DNA of 64,000 bases from Steroidobacteraceae bacterium (GTDB taxonomy: Bacteria; Pseudomonadota; Gammaproteobacteria; Steroidobacterales; Steroidobacteraceae): NCBI GenBank assembly GCA_035625615.1, contig DASPPI010000056.1, positions 2,208-66,207 of the forward strand, read 5' to 3'. The translations under genes and the position numbers were made by a program. This document shows, piece by piece, positions 1 to 9,811 of the stretch (its first letter is position 1; each line of letters opens with the position of its first letter). The notes below the pieces were generated by a model. It was not told the DNA's origin and made no database searches. It saw only the letters and a program-made list of their open reading frames with translations.

Positions 1-272
1 GCGAGCAGGCCGCGAGCGTGCTCGCGACCGTCAAGCGCGACCAGCTGCAGCGGAGCGGGCGCGCATGGCCGGCGGAGGAGGAGGCGGCGTTCAAGCAGCC
101 GATCCGCGAGCAGTACGAGCGCCAGGGCCATCCCTACTATTCCTCCGCGCGGCTGTGGGACGACGGCGTCATCGACCCGCGCGACACGCGGCGTGTGCTG
201 GCGCTGGCGCTGGCGGCGGTGCGCACCAGCCCGCAGGAGCCGGCGCAGCCGTACGGCGTGTTCCGCATGTAA
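1..272 (+). CDS. 3' end of methylcrotonyl-CoA carboxylase carboxyltransferase (beta) subunit; 5' end lies outside the window
   Basis: The frame is open from nt 3. The C-terminus ([28 protein letters not shown]...YGVFRM) matches the conserved MCCase-beta tail. The biotin-carboxylase subunit gene follows 18 nt downstream. Confidence 0.85.
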   Translation, partial: EQAASVLATVKRDQLQRSGRAWPAEEEAAFKQPIREQYERQGHPYYSSARLWDDGVIDPRDTRRVLALALAAVRTSPQEPAQPYGVFRM

Positions 273-290
273 CCGCCCGGGAGGCAGCGC

Positions 291-2324
<2,034 letters not shown>

Positions 2325-2491
2325 CGTCGCGCACAGGCACTAGCGCTGGCACTACCCGCGGCGCTGGCCCCGGCGCTGTCGCCAATCGCCAACAGTGCGC
2401 AGCGCAGTGACGCGCGTCGCGTGCGGCCCCGGCCGGCCTCGCTACAATTATTTCTTGCCGCGGCGGATCAGACGCCGCAATGGAGGAGACG

Positions 2492-3070
2492 ATGAACAAG
2501 TCACTGGTGACCGGCCTGGTGGTCGGGGCGGTCGTGGCGGTCGCGGCCGGTGCCACCGCCGGCCTCAAGCTGATCAACAAAGCTCCTGAACACCCGACGG
2601 GTCCTGAATACGCGCAGGTGCTGAAGGTCACGCCGCTCACCCACAAGACGCGCACACCGCGTCAGGAATGCCACGACGAGCAGGTCACCCGCCAGGCCCC
2701 GGTCAAGGACGAGCACCAGGTCGTCGGCACGGTCGCCGGCGCCGTGATCGGCGGGGTGATCGGCCACCAGATCGGCGGCGGCACGGGGCGCGATCTCGCC
2801 ACGATCGCCGGCGCCGCGGGCGGTGGCTACGCGGGCAACCGCGTTCAGAAGAACATGCAGGACCGAGATACCGTCACCACCACCGAGCAGAAGTGCGAGA
2901 CGGTCTACGACACCTCAGAGAAGCAGGTTGGCTATCAAGTGCGCTATCGGCTGGGCGAGCACGAGGCGACCGTGAAGATGGATCACGATCCGGGCGAGCG
3001 CATCCCCGTTCGCGACGGCAAGCTGGTCCTCGACAGCGGTAGCGCCAGGACGAGCAAGAACCAGACCTGA
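2492..3070 (+). CDS. Glycine-zipper 2TM domain membrane protein (YcfJ-like)
   Basis: It has an N-terminal TM segment (LVTGLVVGAVVAVAAG) and a Gly-zipper (GAVIGGVIGHQIGGGTGRDLATIAGAAGGGYAGN). GGAGGAG lies 4-5 nt before the ATG at 2492. An alternative ATG is at 2480. Confidence 0.7.
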   Translation: MNKSLVTGLVVGAVVAVAAGATAGLKLINKAPEHPTGPEYAQVLKVTPLTHKTRTPRQECHDEQVTRQAPVKDEHQVVGTVAGAVIGGVIGHQIGGGTGRDLATIAGAAGGGYAGNRVQKNMQDRDTVTTTEQKCETVYDTSEKQVGYQVRYRLGEHEATVKMDHDPGERIPVRDGKLVLDSGSARTSKNQT

Positions 3071-3090
3071 GTCGGTCGGCTCGCGGCGGC

Positions 3091-3777
3091 TTATGGGTGC
3101 TTCGCCGCCGGTTTGGCGGCGGCGCGCTCGGCGCGTGCTTTGGCGATCAGCTTGTCGACCGTGGCCAGCAGCTGGGTGAGGTAGGGCATCTCGCCGTTGG
3201 CAGGGTCGGACATCGCGACGTACTTGCCGTCGACGGCCATCGACGGAACGCTGTCGATGCGATAGTCCTCGGCCATCTTGTCGGCCTGCACGGTCTCATT
3301 GTTGACACCGAAGGAAGCGTAGGCGGCGGCGAACTTGTCCGCGTTGCCGCCGCTCTTGGCGATCCAGTCGGCGATACGCGGCTCCTCGAACAGCGGCTGC
3401 TGTTCCTCGTGAATGGCCTTGAACAGCAGGCCGTCGAGCCGGGCCAGATCGCCGTCGGCCTGCAGCGCGTAGAAGACCCGCTGCAGGTTCACCCACGCCG
3501 GCCGCTGGAAGCCGACCGGTACGCGGCGAAACACCACGTCCTTGGGCAGCCTCGCCTCCCAGCTCGCCACCAGCGGGTAGAAATTGGCACAGTGCGGGCA
3601 GGCATACGAGAAGAACTCGATGACCTCGATCTTGCCCGGATCGTTGGTGGGCAGCGGCGGCGTGAGCGCGCGGAAGTCGGTGCCTTCCTTGAGCGCCTCG
3701 GCACGGGCGGGATCGATAGCGAGCAGCGCTATGAGCGCACAGAGCGTCAACGTCACCGCGCGGAGCGAATTCGGCAT
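3091..3777 (-). CDS. dsbA: Thiol:disulfide interchange protein DsbA
   Basis: It carries a thioredoxin-fold CPHC motif (FFSYACPHCANF) and a signal peptide (MPNSLRAVTLTLCALIALLAIDPARA). A GGAAAGGA RBS lies upstream of the ATG at 3777. The longer ORF start at 3906 was rejected. Confidence 0.85.
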   Translation of the reverse strand: MPNSLRAVTLTLCALIALLAIDPARAEALKEGTDFRALTPPLPTNDPGKIEVIEFFSYACPHCANFYPLVASWEARLPKDVVFRRVPVGFQRPAWVNLQRVFYALQADGDLARLDGLLFKAIHEEQQPLFEEPRIADWIAKSGGNADKFAAAYASFGVNNETVQADKMAEDYRIDSVPSMAVDGKYVAMSDPANGEMPYLTQLLATVDKLIAKARAERAAAKPAAKHP

Positions 3778-3820
3778 GGAGCTTTCCTTTCCTTCAGCGT
3801 GCGGCATGTTGTCGCAGTTT

Positions 3821-3860
3821 AAGTAAATAGCGCTCGCGAAGCTCCGTCTGCCGCGAGCGC
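3821..3860 (-). terminator. Possible intrinsic terminator after mpg
   Basis: On the minus strand there is a 9-bp GC stem (GCGCUCGCG...CGCGAGCGC) with a 13-nt loop, followed by the U-rich tract UAUUUACUU. It sits between the mpg stop and the dsbA start. Confidence 0.4.
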
Positions 3861-3902
3861 AGCCGCCGAGGACTGCGGCCAGCATGCAATAACGGGTGGC
3901 TC

Positions 3903-4547
3903 TCACGGGGCTTCGCCTCTTGTGGCGCGCCCATTATTTCCGACCGCGGCGCCCGACGTCTGCAGCGGAAGGCGCCGGCGCGCCGCAGTGGTGGAAACAT
4001 ATGGTGAGTCGCGGTCGAAGAAGCGCCACGGCCGCTGCGCCCACTGGCCCGCATAGTCGACGCCGATGCGCGTCGCGCGCGCGATGCGCGCGCGCGGCGT
4101 TCCGGGCGGCGGTTCCTCGAGCCACAGCACATCGCCGCGCAGATCTGCGCCGTTGAGGCGGCGGTCGATGCACAGTGCACGGCACAGCAGCCCTGGGCCC
4201 GAGGTCCGTTCGCCGAGCCCGCCCAGCGGCTCGAGCGCGCGCAGGAGCACGGCGTGCGGGACACCGGGGCGTCCGGTGACGACGTTGAGGCAGTTCCAGA
4301 AGCCGTAAATGAAGTACACATACGCATGTCCGGGCGGCCCGAACATCACCGCCGTGCGCGGCGTGCGCCCGCGCGCGGAATGCGCCGCGAGATCTCGCGG
4401 TCCGAGGTAAGCCTCGGTCTCTACGATGCGCCCGGCGCGCCGGGTGCGGCCGTCGTCGTGCACCAGGTGCATGCCGATCAGCGCGCGGGCAACGGCGAGG
4501 GTGCTGCGTTCGAAGAAGGCGCGGGGGGGCTTGCGGTTGCGCAACAT
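3903..4547 (-). CDS. mpg: DNA-3-methyladenine glycosylase (Mpg/AAG family)
   Basis: FFERSTLAVARALIGMHLVH...IVETEAYLGPRDLAAHSARGRTPRTAVMFGPPGHAYVYFIYG is typical of the Mpg family. The start was chosen at the internal ATG (MLRNRKPP). Confidence 0.8.
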   Translation of the reverse strand: MLRNRKPPRAFFERSTLAVARALIGMHLVHDDGRTRRAGRIVETEAYLGPRDLAAHSARGRTPRTAVMFGPPGHAYVYFIYGFWNCLNVVTGRPGVPHAVLLRALEPLGGLGERTSGPGLLCRALCIDRRLNGADLRGDVLWLEEPPPGTPRARIARATRIGVDYAGQWAQRPWRFFDRDSPYVSTTAARRRLPLQTSGAAVGNNGRATRGEAP

Positions 4548-4633
4548 GCGCGCGCGATAGTAAGGCGAATCCTCTACAATGCACCCCTCGAAACGGGCGA
4601 GGACGCCACTTTCTGCAAAATCAAGGATACCGC

Positions 4634-5656
4634 TTGACATCAGCGAGGATGCGCAGACCACGCGCGCGAGGTCCGAGTGCACTGCTGTGGGGCGTCGCCT
4701 GCCTCGGGCTGGCGGCGAGTGCGGCGCGGGCGAGCCTGTACCCCCTTCCGACCGACGGCTCGTCGGTGATCGGGGCCGATACCAACGTCACCACGGTGTA
4801 CGAGGACACGCTGCCCGACCTGGCGCATCGCTACAGCCTCGGGTACTACGAAATCATTCGTGCCAACCCGGGACTCGATGTGTGGATACCGGGCGCCGGC
4901 AAGCAGGTGACGCTGCCGGGACGGCACATTCTGCCGGCCGGTCCACGCGAAGGCATCGTCGTGAACCTGCCCGAGCACCGGCTGTACTACTTCCCGAGGC
5001 CGCAGGGCCACGAGCATCCGATTGTCATAACCTACCCGGTGAGCATCGGCAAGATGGACTGGCACACCCCGCTCGGCGAGACGCACGTCATCGCCAAGAT
5101 CGTGCACCCGGCGTGGTATCCGCCCGAGTCGATCCGCAAGGAGCACGCGGCGAATGACGACCCGCTGCCGAAGCTCGTGCCTCCCGGACCCAACAACCCG
5201 CTGGGCGATTACGCGCTGCGACTGGGGGCGGGGCGCGGCGAGTACATGATCCACGGCACCAACAATCCGACCGCGGTGGGCATGGCGGTCACCCACGGCT
5301 GCATCCGTATGTATCCGGAGGATGTGGCCGCGCTGTTCGCCCTGATCCCCGTCGGCACCAAAGTCCGCCTCGTCAACGAGCCGCTGAAGATCGCCTGGGT
5401 GGACGGGCAGCTGTACCTCGAGGCGCATCCACCGGTCGATGAGGAAGGCCAGTCGGTCGAGCCGAACCTGCAGCAGCTGTCACAGCGGCTGCAGCAGGTG
5501 CTCGGCAACGACACCGCCGCCATTCACTGGGACCTGGCGCGCGCCACCTTGCGGGCCGCCTCCGGCATCCCGACCCTGGTGGGGCTGGCCGCCGACCCCG
5601 GCAAGCCGGCGCCGCAGGCGCAGGCTGCGGTGCGGGTGACGCACACCGCGCGCTAG
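4634..5656 (+). CDS. L,D-transpeptidase (YkuD/ErfK family), secreted
   Basis: It has a signal peptide and the YkuD catalytic motif (HGTNNPTAVGMAVTHGCIRMYPEDV). The TTG start is preceded by AAGGA. An alternative ATG is at 4649. Confidence 0.8.
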   Translation: MTSARMRRPRARGPSALLWGVACLGLAASAARASLYPLPTDGSSVIGADTNVTTVYEDTLPDLAHRYSLGYYEIIRANPGLDVWIPGAGKQVTLPGRHILPAGPREGIVVNLPEHRLYYFPRPQGHEHPIVITYPVSIGKMDWHTPLGETHVIAKIVHPAWYPPESIRKEHAANDDPLPKLVPPGPNNPLGDYALRLGAGRGEYMIHGTNNPTAVGMAVTHGCIRMYPEDVAALFALIPVGTKVRLVNEPLKIAWVDGQLYLEAHPPVDEEGQSVEPNLQQLSQRLQQVLGNDTAAIHWDLARATLRAASGIPTLVGLAADPGKPAPQAQAAVRVTHTAR

Positions 5657-5685
5657 CCGCGCCGCGCTGTTCCCCGCGCTGTCTG

Positions 5686-6006
5686 TCAGCGGGTCCGGCG
5701 CAGCGCCGCGATCAGGTTCAGGATCTGGCTGGCGCGCGACAGCACCGACAGCGCCGAGCGCGTCCACGCCAGCAGCGCCAGCACCTGGCGCGGCCGCCCG
5801 AGCAATATCAGCCCGACGGCCGCCACGACCCATACCAGCGGATGGTGTACCGGACGCGCTGCCTCGGCGCGGGCGGCCGCCGCGCCGACGCCGGCCTGAA
5901 GCCAGCCGAGCGGGCGCTTGAGCTGCGCTACGCGCTCGGCCAGGTCCAGTCGCTGCGCCTCGCTGCGTGCGAGCAGCGCCTGACGGCGCGCCTCGAGCTG
6001 TGCCAT
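5686..6006 (-). CDS. YqjK-like small membrane protein
   Basis: 106 aa (MAQLEARRQALLARSEAQRLDLAERVAQLK...) with one TM segment. It is the last gene of a yqjD/yqjE/yqjK-type trio. Confidence 0.6.
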   Translation of the reverse strand: MAQLEARRQALLARSEAQRLDLAERVAQLKRPLGWLQAGVGAAAARAEAARPVHHPLVWVVAAVGLILLGRPRQVLALLAWTRSALSVLSRASQILNLIAALRRTR

Positions 6007-6011
6007 GCGCT

Positions 6012-6416
6012 TCAGGGGGATCCTCCGGCGCGGTCGCGATCCTCCTGCAGCTGCTCGAGCGAGCCCTGCAGCATTCCCGGCTGAGCATGCAGGGTACGCG
6101 CTGCGAGTACCGCGAAGGTCACCGCCAGGGCGACAAACACCATGCCGCCCCCGAGCAGCGCCAGCATGCGATGCGTGTCCCACAGCGCCACGACGAGCGC
6201 CGTCACGCCGAAGCCGAGCGCCAGCATCGCGCAGGCGATGGCGCCGACCGCCCACACCAGCACGCGCACCAGCGTCCGCAGAACGATCTCGAGCTCCACC
6301 GCGGCGAGATCGAGCCGGGTATGCAGCACGTCGATGCTCGCGCTCCACAGGCCGCGCAGCCCCTGCCGGGGGGTGTCCGCGCCGGCCTCGTGCGGCGACG
6401 GGCCATGGGCGTGCAT
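6012..6416 (-). CDS. YqjE-like membrane protein (DUF1469 / Phage_holin_3_6 family)
   Basis: 134 aa with two long TM segments (LVRVLVWAVGAIACAMLALGFGVTALVVALW; LALLGGGMVFVALAVTFAVLAA). It lies between the DUF883 and YqjK-like genes. Confidence 0.6.
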   Translation of the reverse strand: MHAHGPSPHEAGADTPRQGLRGLWSASIDVLHTRLDLAAVELEIVLRTLVRVLVWAVGAIACAMLALGFGVTALVVALWDTHRMLALLGGGMVFVALAVTFAVLAARTLHAQPGMLQGSLEQLQEDRDRAGGSP

Positions 6417-6703
6417 CAGCGGCGGCCCATGATCAGTCCGAGCAGCAGCGCGACGCCTCCGGCGATGGCCACCGCCTGCCAGGGATTGTCGCGCACGTAG
6501 CTGTCGACATCGCGCGCACGCTCGCGCACGTTGTCTTCCAGCTCGTTCAGCCGGTCCCGCATCTGGCGCAGCGTCGCCTGGGCGCGCTCCGGCAAGTCCG
6601 TGCCGCTGGCCGCGTTGGTGGTGGCCTGCAACAGCGCCTCGGCATCACTCACCAGTGCGCGCAGGTCTTCGGCGAGTTTGCCTCCGTCGAATCGGCCGCT
6701 CAT
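6416..6703 (-). CDS. DUF883 family ribosome-associated membrane-anchored protein (ElaB/YqjD-like)
   Basis: 95 aa with a coiled N-terminal part and a C-terminal anchor (NPWQAVAIAGGVALLLGLIMGRR), characteristic of ElaB/YqjD. AAGGAG lies upstream of the ATG at 6703. Confidence 0.75.
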   Translation of the reverse strand: MSGRFDGGKLAEDLRALVSDAEALLQATTNAASGTDLPERAQATLRQMRDRLNELEDNVRERARDVDSYVRDNPWQAVAIAGGVALLLGLIMGRR

Positions 6704-6814
6704 AGCGACTCTCCTTAAACCAGTCACTGCAAGCGCTGATTTACGCACATCTCCACCGAAACCGCGAGACTCGCGCGGGCGGCTGCGCTACTCTCGACGG
6801 CGGAGTCCCTCGGC

Positions 6815-7945
6815 ATGACTGCGCCCCATCCCAATCCGTTGCTCGAGCTGCGCCAGCTCGGCGAGAGCGTGTGGCTGGACGACATCAGCCGCGGCATGCT
6901 CGAGGAGGGCAGCCTCGCGCGGCTGATCCGGGATGACGGCGTCGCCGGGCTCACCTCCAACCCGGCGATCTTCGCCAACTCCATGATGCACGATCCGAAG
7001 TATGCGCAGCCGATCGCGCAGCTCCTGCCGGCGGTGTCCTCGGCCACGGCGCTGTACGAGGAACTCGCGCTGCACGATCTGCGCACCGCCGCGGGGCTGC
7101 TGCGCCCGCTGTACGACGCGACCGCCGCGGCCGACGGCTACGTCAGCATGGAGGTCTCGCCGCACCTCGCCTACGACGGCGCCGGGAGTCTGCGGGAGGC
7201 GCAGCGGCTGTGGCAGCGCCTGCAGCTTCCCAATGCGCTCATCAAGATTCCCGCTACCGAGGCCGGGCTGCCGGTCATCCGCGATCTCATCGCCGCCGGA
7301 GTCAATGTGAACGTGACGCTGCTGTTCTCAACCGAGCGCTATCACGCCGTGGCGCAGGCGTACATGGCCGGACTCAGTGCCCGCGCGGCCGCGGGTCGGC
7401 CGCTCGGGCGGGTGGCCTCGGTGGCGAGCTTCTTCCTCAGCCGCATCGACACGGCCGTCGACCGGCTGCTCGACAGCCTCGCGGCACGCGGCCAGCCGGC
7501 GGCGCGCACGCTGCGCGGCAAGGCGGCCATCGCCAGTGCGTGCCGGGCCTACGAGGTCTACGAAGAAATCATCGCGACACCGCAGTGGCAGGCGCTGGCG
7601 GAGCGCGGCGCGCAGCCGCAGCGGCTGCTGTGGGCATCGACCTCGACCAAGGACCCGGGCTACAGCCCGATCAAGTACGTCGAAGAGCTGGTGGTGCCCG
7701 GGACGGTCAACACGATGCCGCTCGAGACACTCAACGCCTACCGGCGCCTCGGCCGGCCGGAATTGCGGCTCGAGCGCCATATCGCCGAAGGTTGTGACGC
7801 GCGCGAGGGGCTGGAGCGGCTCGACGTTGACCTGGAATCCGTTGCGCAGCAGCTCGAGCGCGAGGGTGTGGCGAAGTTCATCGAGCCCTTCGATAAACTA
7901 CAAACATGGCTCGAGGATCAGCGCCGCGGTCATCGGCCGTCTTAG
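6815..7945 (+). CDS. tal: Transaldolase (long form)
   Basis: The 376-aa product shows the transaldolase family pattern: NPLLELRQLGESVWLDDISRGML...GLTSNPAIF...IKIPAT. Confidence 0.85.
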   Translation: MTAPHPNPLLELRQLGESVWLDDISRGMLEEGSLARLIRDDGVAGLTSNPAIFANSMMHDPKYAQPIAQLLPAVSSATALYEELALHDLRTAAGLLRPLYDATAAADGYVSMEVSPHLAYDGAGSLREAQRLWQRLQLPNALIKIPATEAGLPVIRDLIAAGVNVNVTLLFSTERYHAVAQAYMAGLSARAAAGRPLGRVASVASFFLSRIDTAVDRLLDSLAARGQPAARTLRGKAAIASACRAYEVYEEIIATPQWQALAERGAQPQRLLWASTSTKDPGYSPIKYVEELVVPGTVNTMPLETLNAYRRLGRPELRLERHIAEGCDAREGLERLDVDLESVAQQLEREGVAKFIEPFDKLQTWLEDQRRGHRPS

Positions 7946-7971
7946 AGTGACTGCATCCCCGGGGGACTCAC

Positions 7972-8325
7972 GTGGATACCAAAGCGGTACGGGAGCGACT
8001 GCTCAAACGCCGGGAGGAGCTGCGCCAGCGCGCCAGCGACGCGAGCGCCGATCTGCGTCACGAGGCGGATCCGTTGTCGGCCGACTTCGCCGAGCAGGTG
8101 ACGCAGCGCGAGAGCGACGACGTGCTCGGCGCCATCTCGACGTCGGCGCAGGCCGAGCTGCGGCAGATCGAGGCGGCGCTGCGCCGCCTCGAGTCGGGGC
8201 GCTACGCGACCTGCGCGGCGTGCGGCGAGGACATCGAGCCTGAGCGGCTTGCCGCCGTGCCGTACACCGACCGCTGCCGCTCCTGTGCAGAAGGCCGCGG
8301 CGCCGGACGCAATGTGCGCGGCTGA
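7972..8325 (+). CDS. DksA/TraR family C4-type zinc-finger protein
   Basis: 117 aa with a C-terminal CAACGEDIEPERLAAVPYTDRCRSC four-Cys finger and a coiled N-terminal region. Confidence 0.8.
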   Translation: MDTKAVRERLLKRREELRQRASDASADLRHEADPLSADFAEQVTQRESDDVLGAISTSAQAELRQIEAALRRLESGRYATCAACGEDIEPERLAAVPYTDRCRSCAEGRGAGRNVRG

Positions 8326-8343
8326 GCGGCGCTGCGAGCGCGG

Positions 8344-9174
8344 GTGCGCGCGGCGCCGATGACTGCCGCTGCGCCTTCCGGGGTCATCACCATCACGACC
8401 GACTTCGGCCACCAGGGGCCCTTCGTCGGCGTGATGAAGGGCTGCATCCTGACGCGCTTCCCCGAGGCGCGCATCGTCGATCTCACGCACGAGATCGTGG
8501 TGCACTGGCCGGCCGAGGCTGGCTTCTGGCTGGCACGCGCGTTCGGCTACTTTCCCGCCGGGAGCGTCCACGTCGCCGTGGTCGATCCGGGCGTGGGCAC
8601 CGCGCGCAACGTCGTCGCCGTGCGGGCCGACGGCCACTACTTCCTCGCCCCGGACAACGGCCTGCTGGCCCCGCTCGTCAGCCGCGCGCGCGAGGCGCTC
8701 ATCGTGCGCGTCGGGACGGTGGAGCTGGCGCGTATCGGCGTGCAGCACCCGAGCGCCACGTTCCACGGCCGCGATGTCTTCGCCCCGCTGGCCGCCGAGC
8801 TCGCCGCCGGCCGCCGCCGGCTCGAGGACCTCGGCGAGACCGTGAGCACGCTGGTGCCTTCCTGGGTCGAGGAGCCGGCAGTCGATGCCCGCAGCGTCAC
8901 GGGCGTGGTCATCACCATCGATCACTTCGGCAATCTCATCACCAATATCGACGCCGTTCTGATCGAGCGCTTCCGCCTGCCACTGGTGCATGCCGGCAAC
9001 CATTCCTTCCCGCTGCTGCGCACCTACGGCGACACGCCCCCCGGGGAGTACCTGGCGCTCGTGAATTCGTTCGGGGTGGTCGAGATCGCCCGTGCCGAGG
9101 AGAGCGCCGCCGAGGGTCTGGGCCTGAGCCGTGGCGCCCCGGTCGTGGTGCGCGACCGGACAGATCAGCCCTGA
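8344..9174 (+). CDS. SAM hydrolase / SAM-dependent halogenase family protein (DUF62, S-adenosyl-L-methionine hydroxide adenosyltransferase)
   Basis: The N-terminus ITITTDFGHQGPFVGVMKGCIL and the motifs VVDPGVGT, APDNGLL and HGRDVF are hallmarks of the DUF62 family. Confidence 0.75.
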   Translation: MRAAPMTAAAPSGVITITTDFGHQGPFVGVMKGCILTRFPEARIVDLTHEIVVHWPAEAGFWLARAFGYFPAGSVHVAVVDPGVGTARNVVAVRADGHYFLAPDNGLLAPLVSRAREALIVRVGTVELARIGVQHPSATFHGRDVFAPLAAELAAGRRRLEDLGETVSTLVPSWVEEPAVDARSVTGVVITIDHFGNLITNIDAVLIERFRLPLVHAGNHSFPLLRTYGDTPPGEYLALVNSFGVVEIARAEESAAEGLGLSRGAPVVVRDRTDQP

Positions 9175-9212
9175 GGGTCCCGGACATGCGCGAGGGCTCC
9201 GCCGCCTCAGGA

Positions 9213-9397
9213 CCTGCGAGAACCTGCCAAGCGGTTCGCGTCCGCTCTTGCGCGCGCTGAAAGGTCAGCGCGGCCCTGCGAGAACCTGCCAAGCGAGCCG
9301 CGTCCGCTCCCGGGGCCCTGAAAGGCCAGCGCGGCCCTGCGAGAACCTGCCAAGCGGTTCGCGTCCGCTCCTCCGGGATCTGAAAGGCTGGCGCGGC
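9213..9397. repeat. Intergenic tandem repeat, 3 head-to-tail copies of a 61-62 bp unit
   Basis: Copies start at 9213, 9275 and 9336. The conserved core is CCTGCGAGAACCTGCCAAGCG-NNN-CGCGTCCGCTC-(variable 8-10 nt)-CTGAAAGG-NNN-GCGCGGC. Confidence 0.9.
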
Positions 9398-9501
9398 GTC
9401 CAAAAGTTGATCGCCAGCGGGAATCGGCTATAGTTCGCAGCCTCGCTCGTGCCGCCTTTGGCACGTTAGCTCTTGAATTAATTCAGGATTTGCACCGCCA
9501 G

Positions 9502-9717
9502 ATGCCGGAACGAGACAACGAGAGCTTCGATCTCGACGATGAATTCCTGAGCGGTCCCGCCGAGGACGGCACCGAGTACGATCGGCTGCTCGACCGGGTG
9601 GATAAGCGCGTCCGTAATCAGGGCAAGCGGGGCAAGGCGGCCTGGAGCCGGCTCGAGGAAGTGCTGGCGGACAGGAAGCTGGAGAAGGACCTGAAGGACT
9701 TCGACGACGAGCTGTAG
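9502..9717 (+). CDS. Small charged conserved hypothetical protein (71 aa); resembles PA3496-family small proteins from memory, unverified
   Basis: MPERDNESFDLDDEFL...WSRLEEVLADRKLEKDLKDFDDEL has an acidic N-terminus followed by a basic/helical C-terminus ending DFDDEL. Third-codon positions are coding-like. Confidence 0.5.
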   Translation: MPERDNESFDLDDEFLSGPAEDGTEYDRLLDRVDKRVRNQGKRGKAAWSRLEEVLADRKLEKDLKDFDDEL

Positions 9718-9811
9718 AACTCGCTCATCTTCGAGCCGCTCCAAAATCTCAAGCGCAGGCGCAGGCGTTCCGGGGCCTTCGCGCCCGGCCGCGCTCCCGG
9801 AGGATTCCCGA

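Noticed and set aside
9213-9397. A possible CRISPR array.
   Set aside because: The repeats are directly abutting with no unique spacers, there are only three copies, the unit length is about 61 bp, and there are no cas genes in the window.
9131-9433. A 100-aa ORF (and minus-strand ORFs 8939-9403 and 9207-9464) with an internally repeated peptide (CENLPSGSRPLLR) across the tandem repeat.
   Set aside because: The peptide repetition is simply the consequence of the 61-bp DNA repeat. The ORF overlaps the end of the SAM-hydrolase gene and has no RBS or protein-like features.
9718-9811. A lysine riboswitch upstream of the lysC-lysA fusion.
   Set aside because: The gap is only 94 nt, far shorter than an L-box aptamer, and no L-box core motifs are seen.
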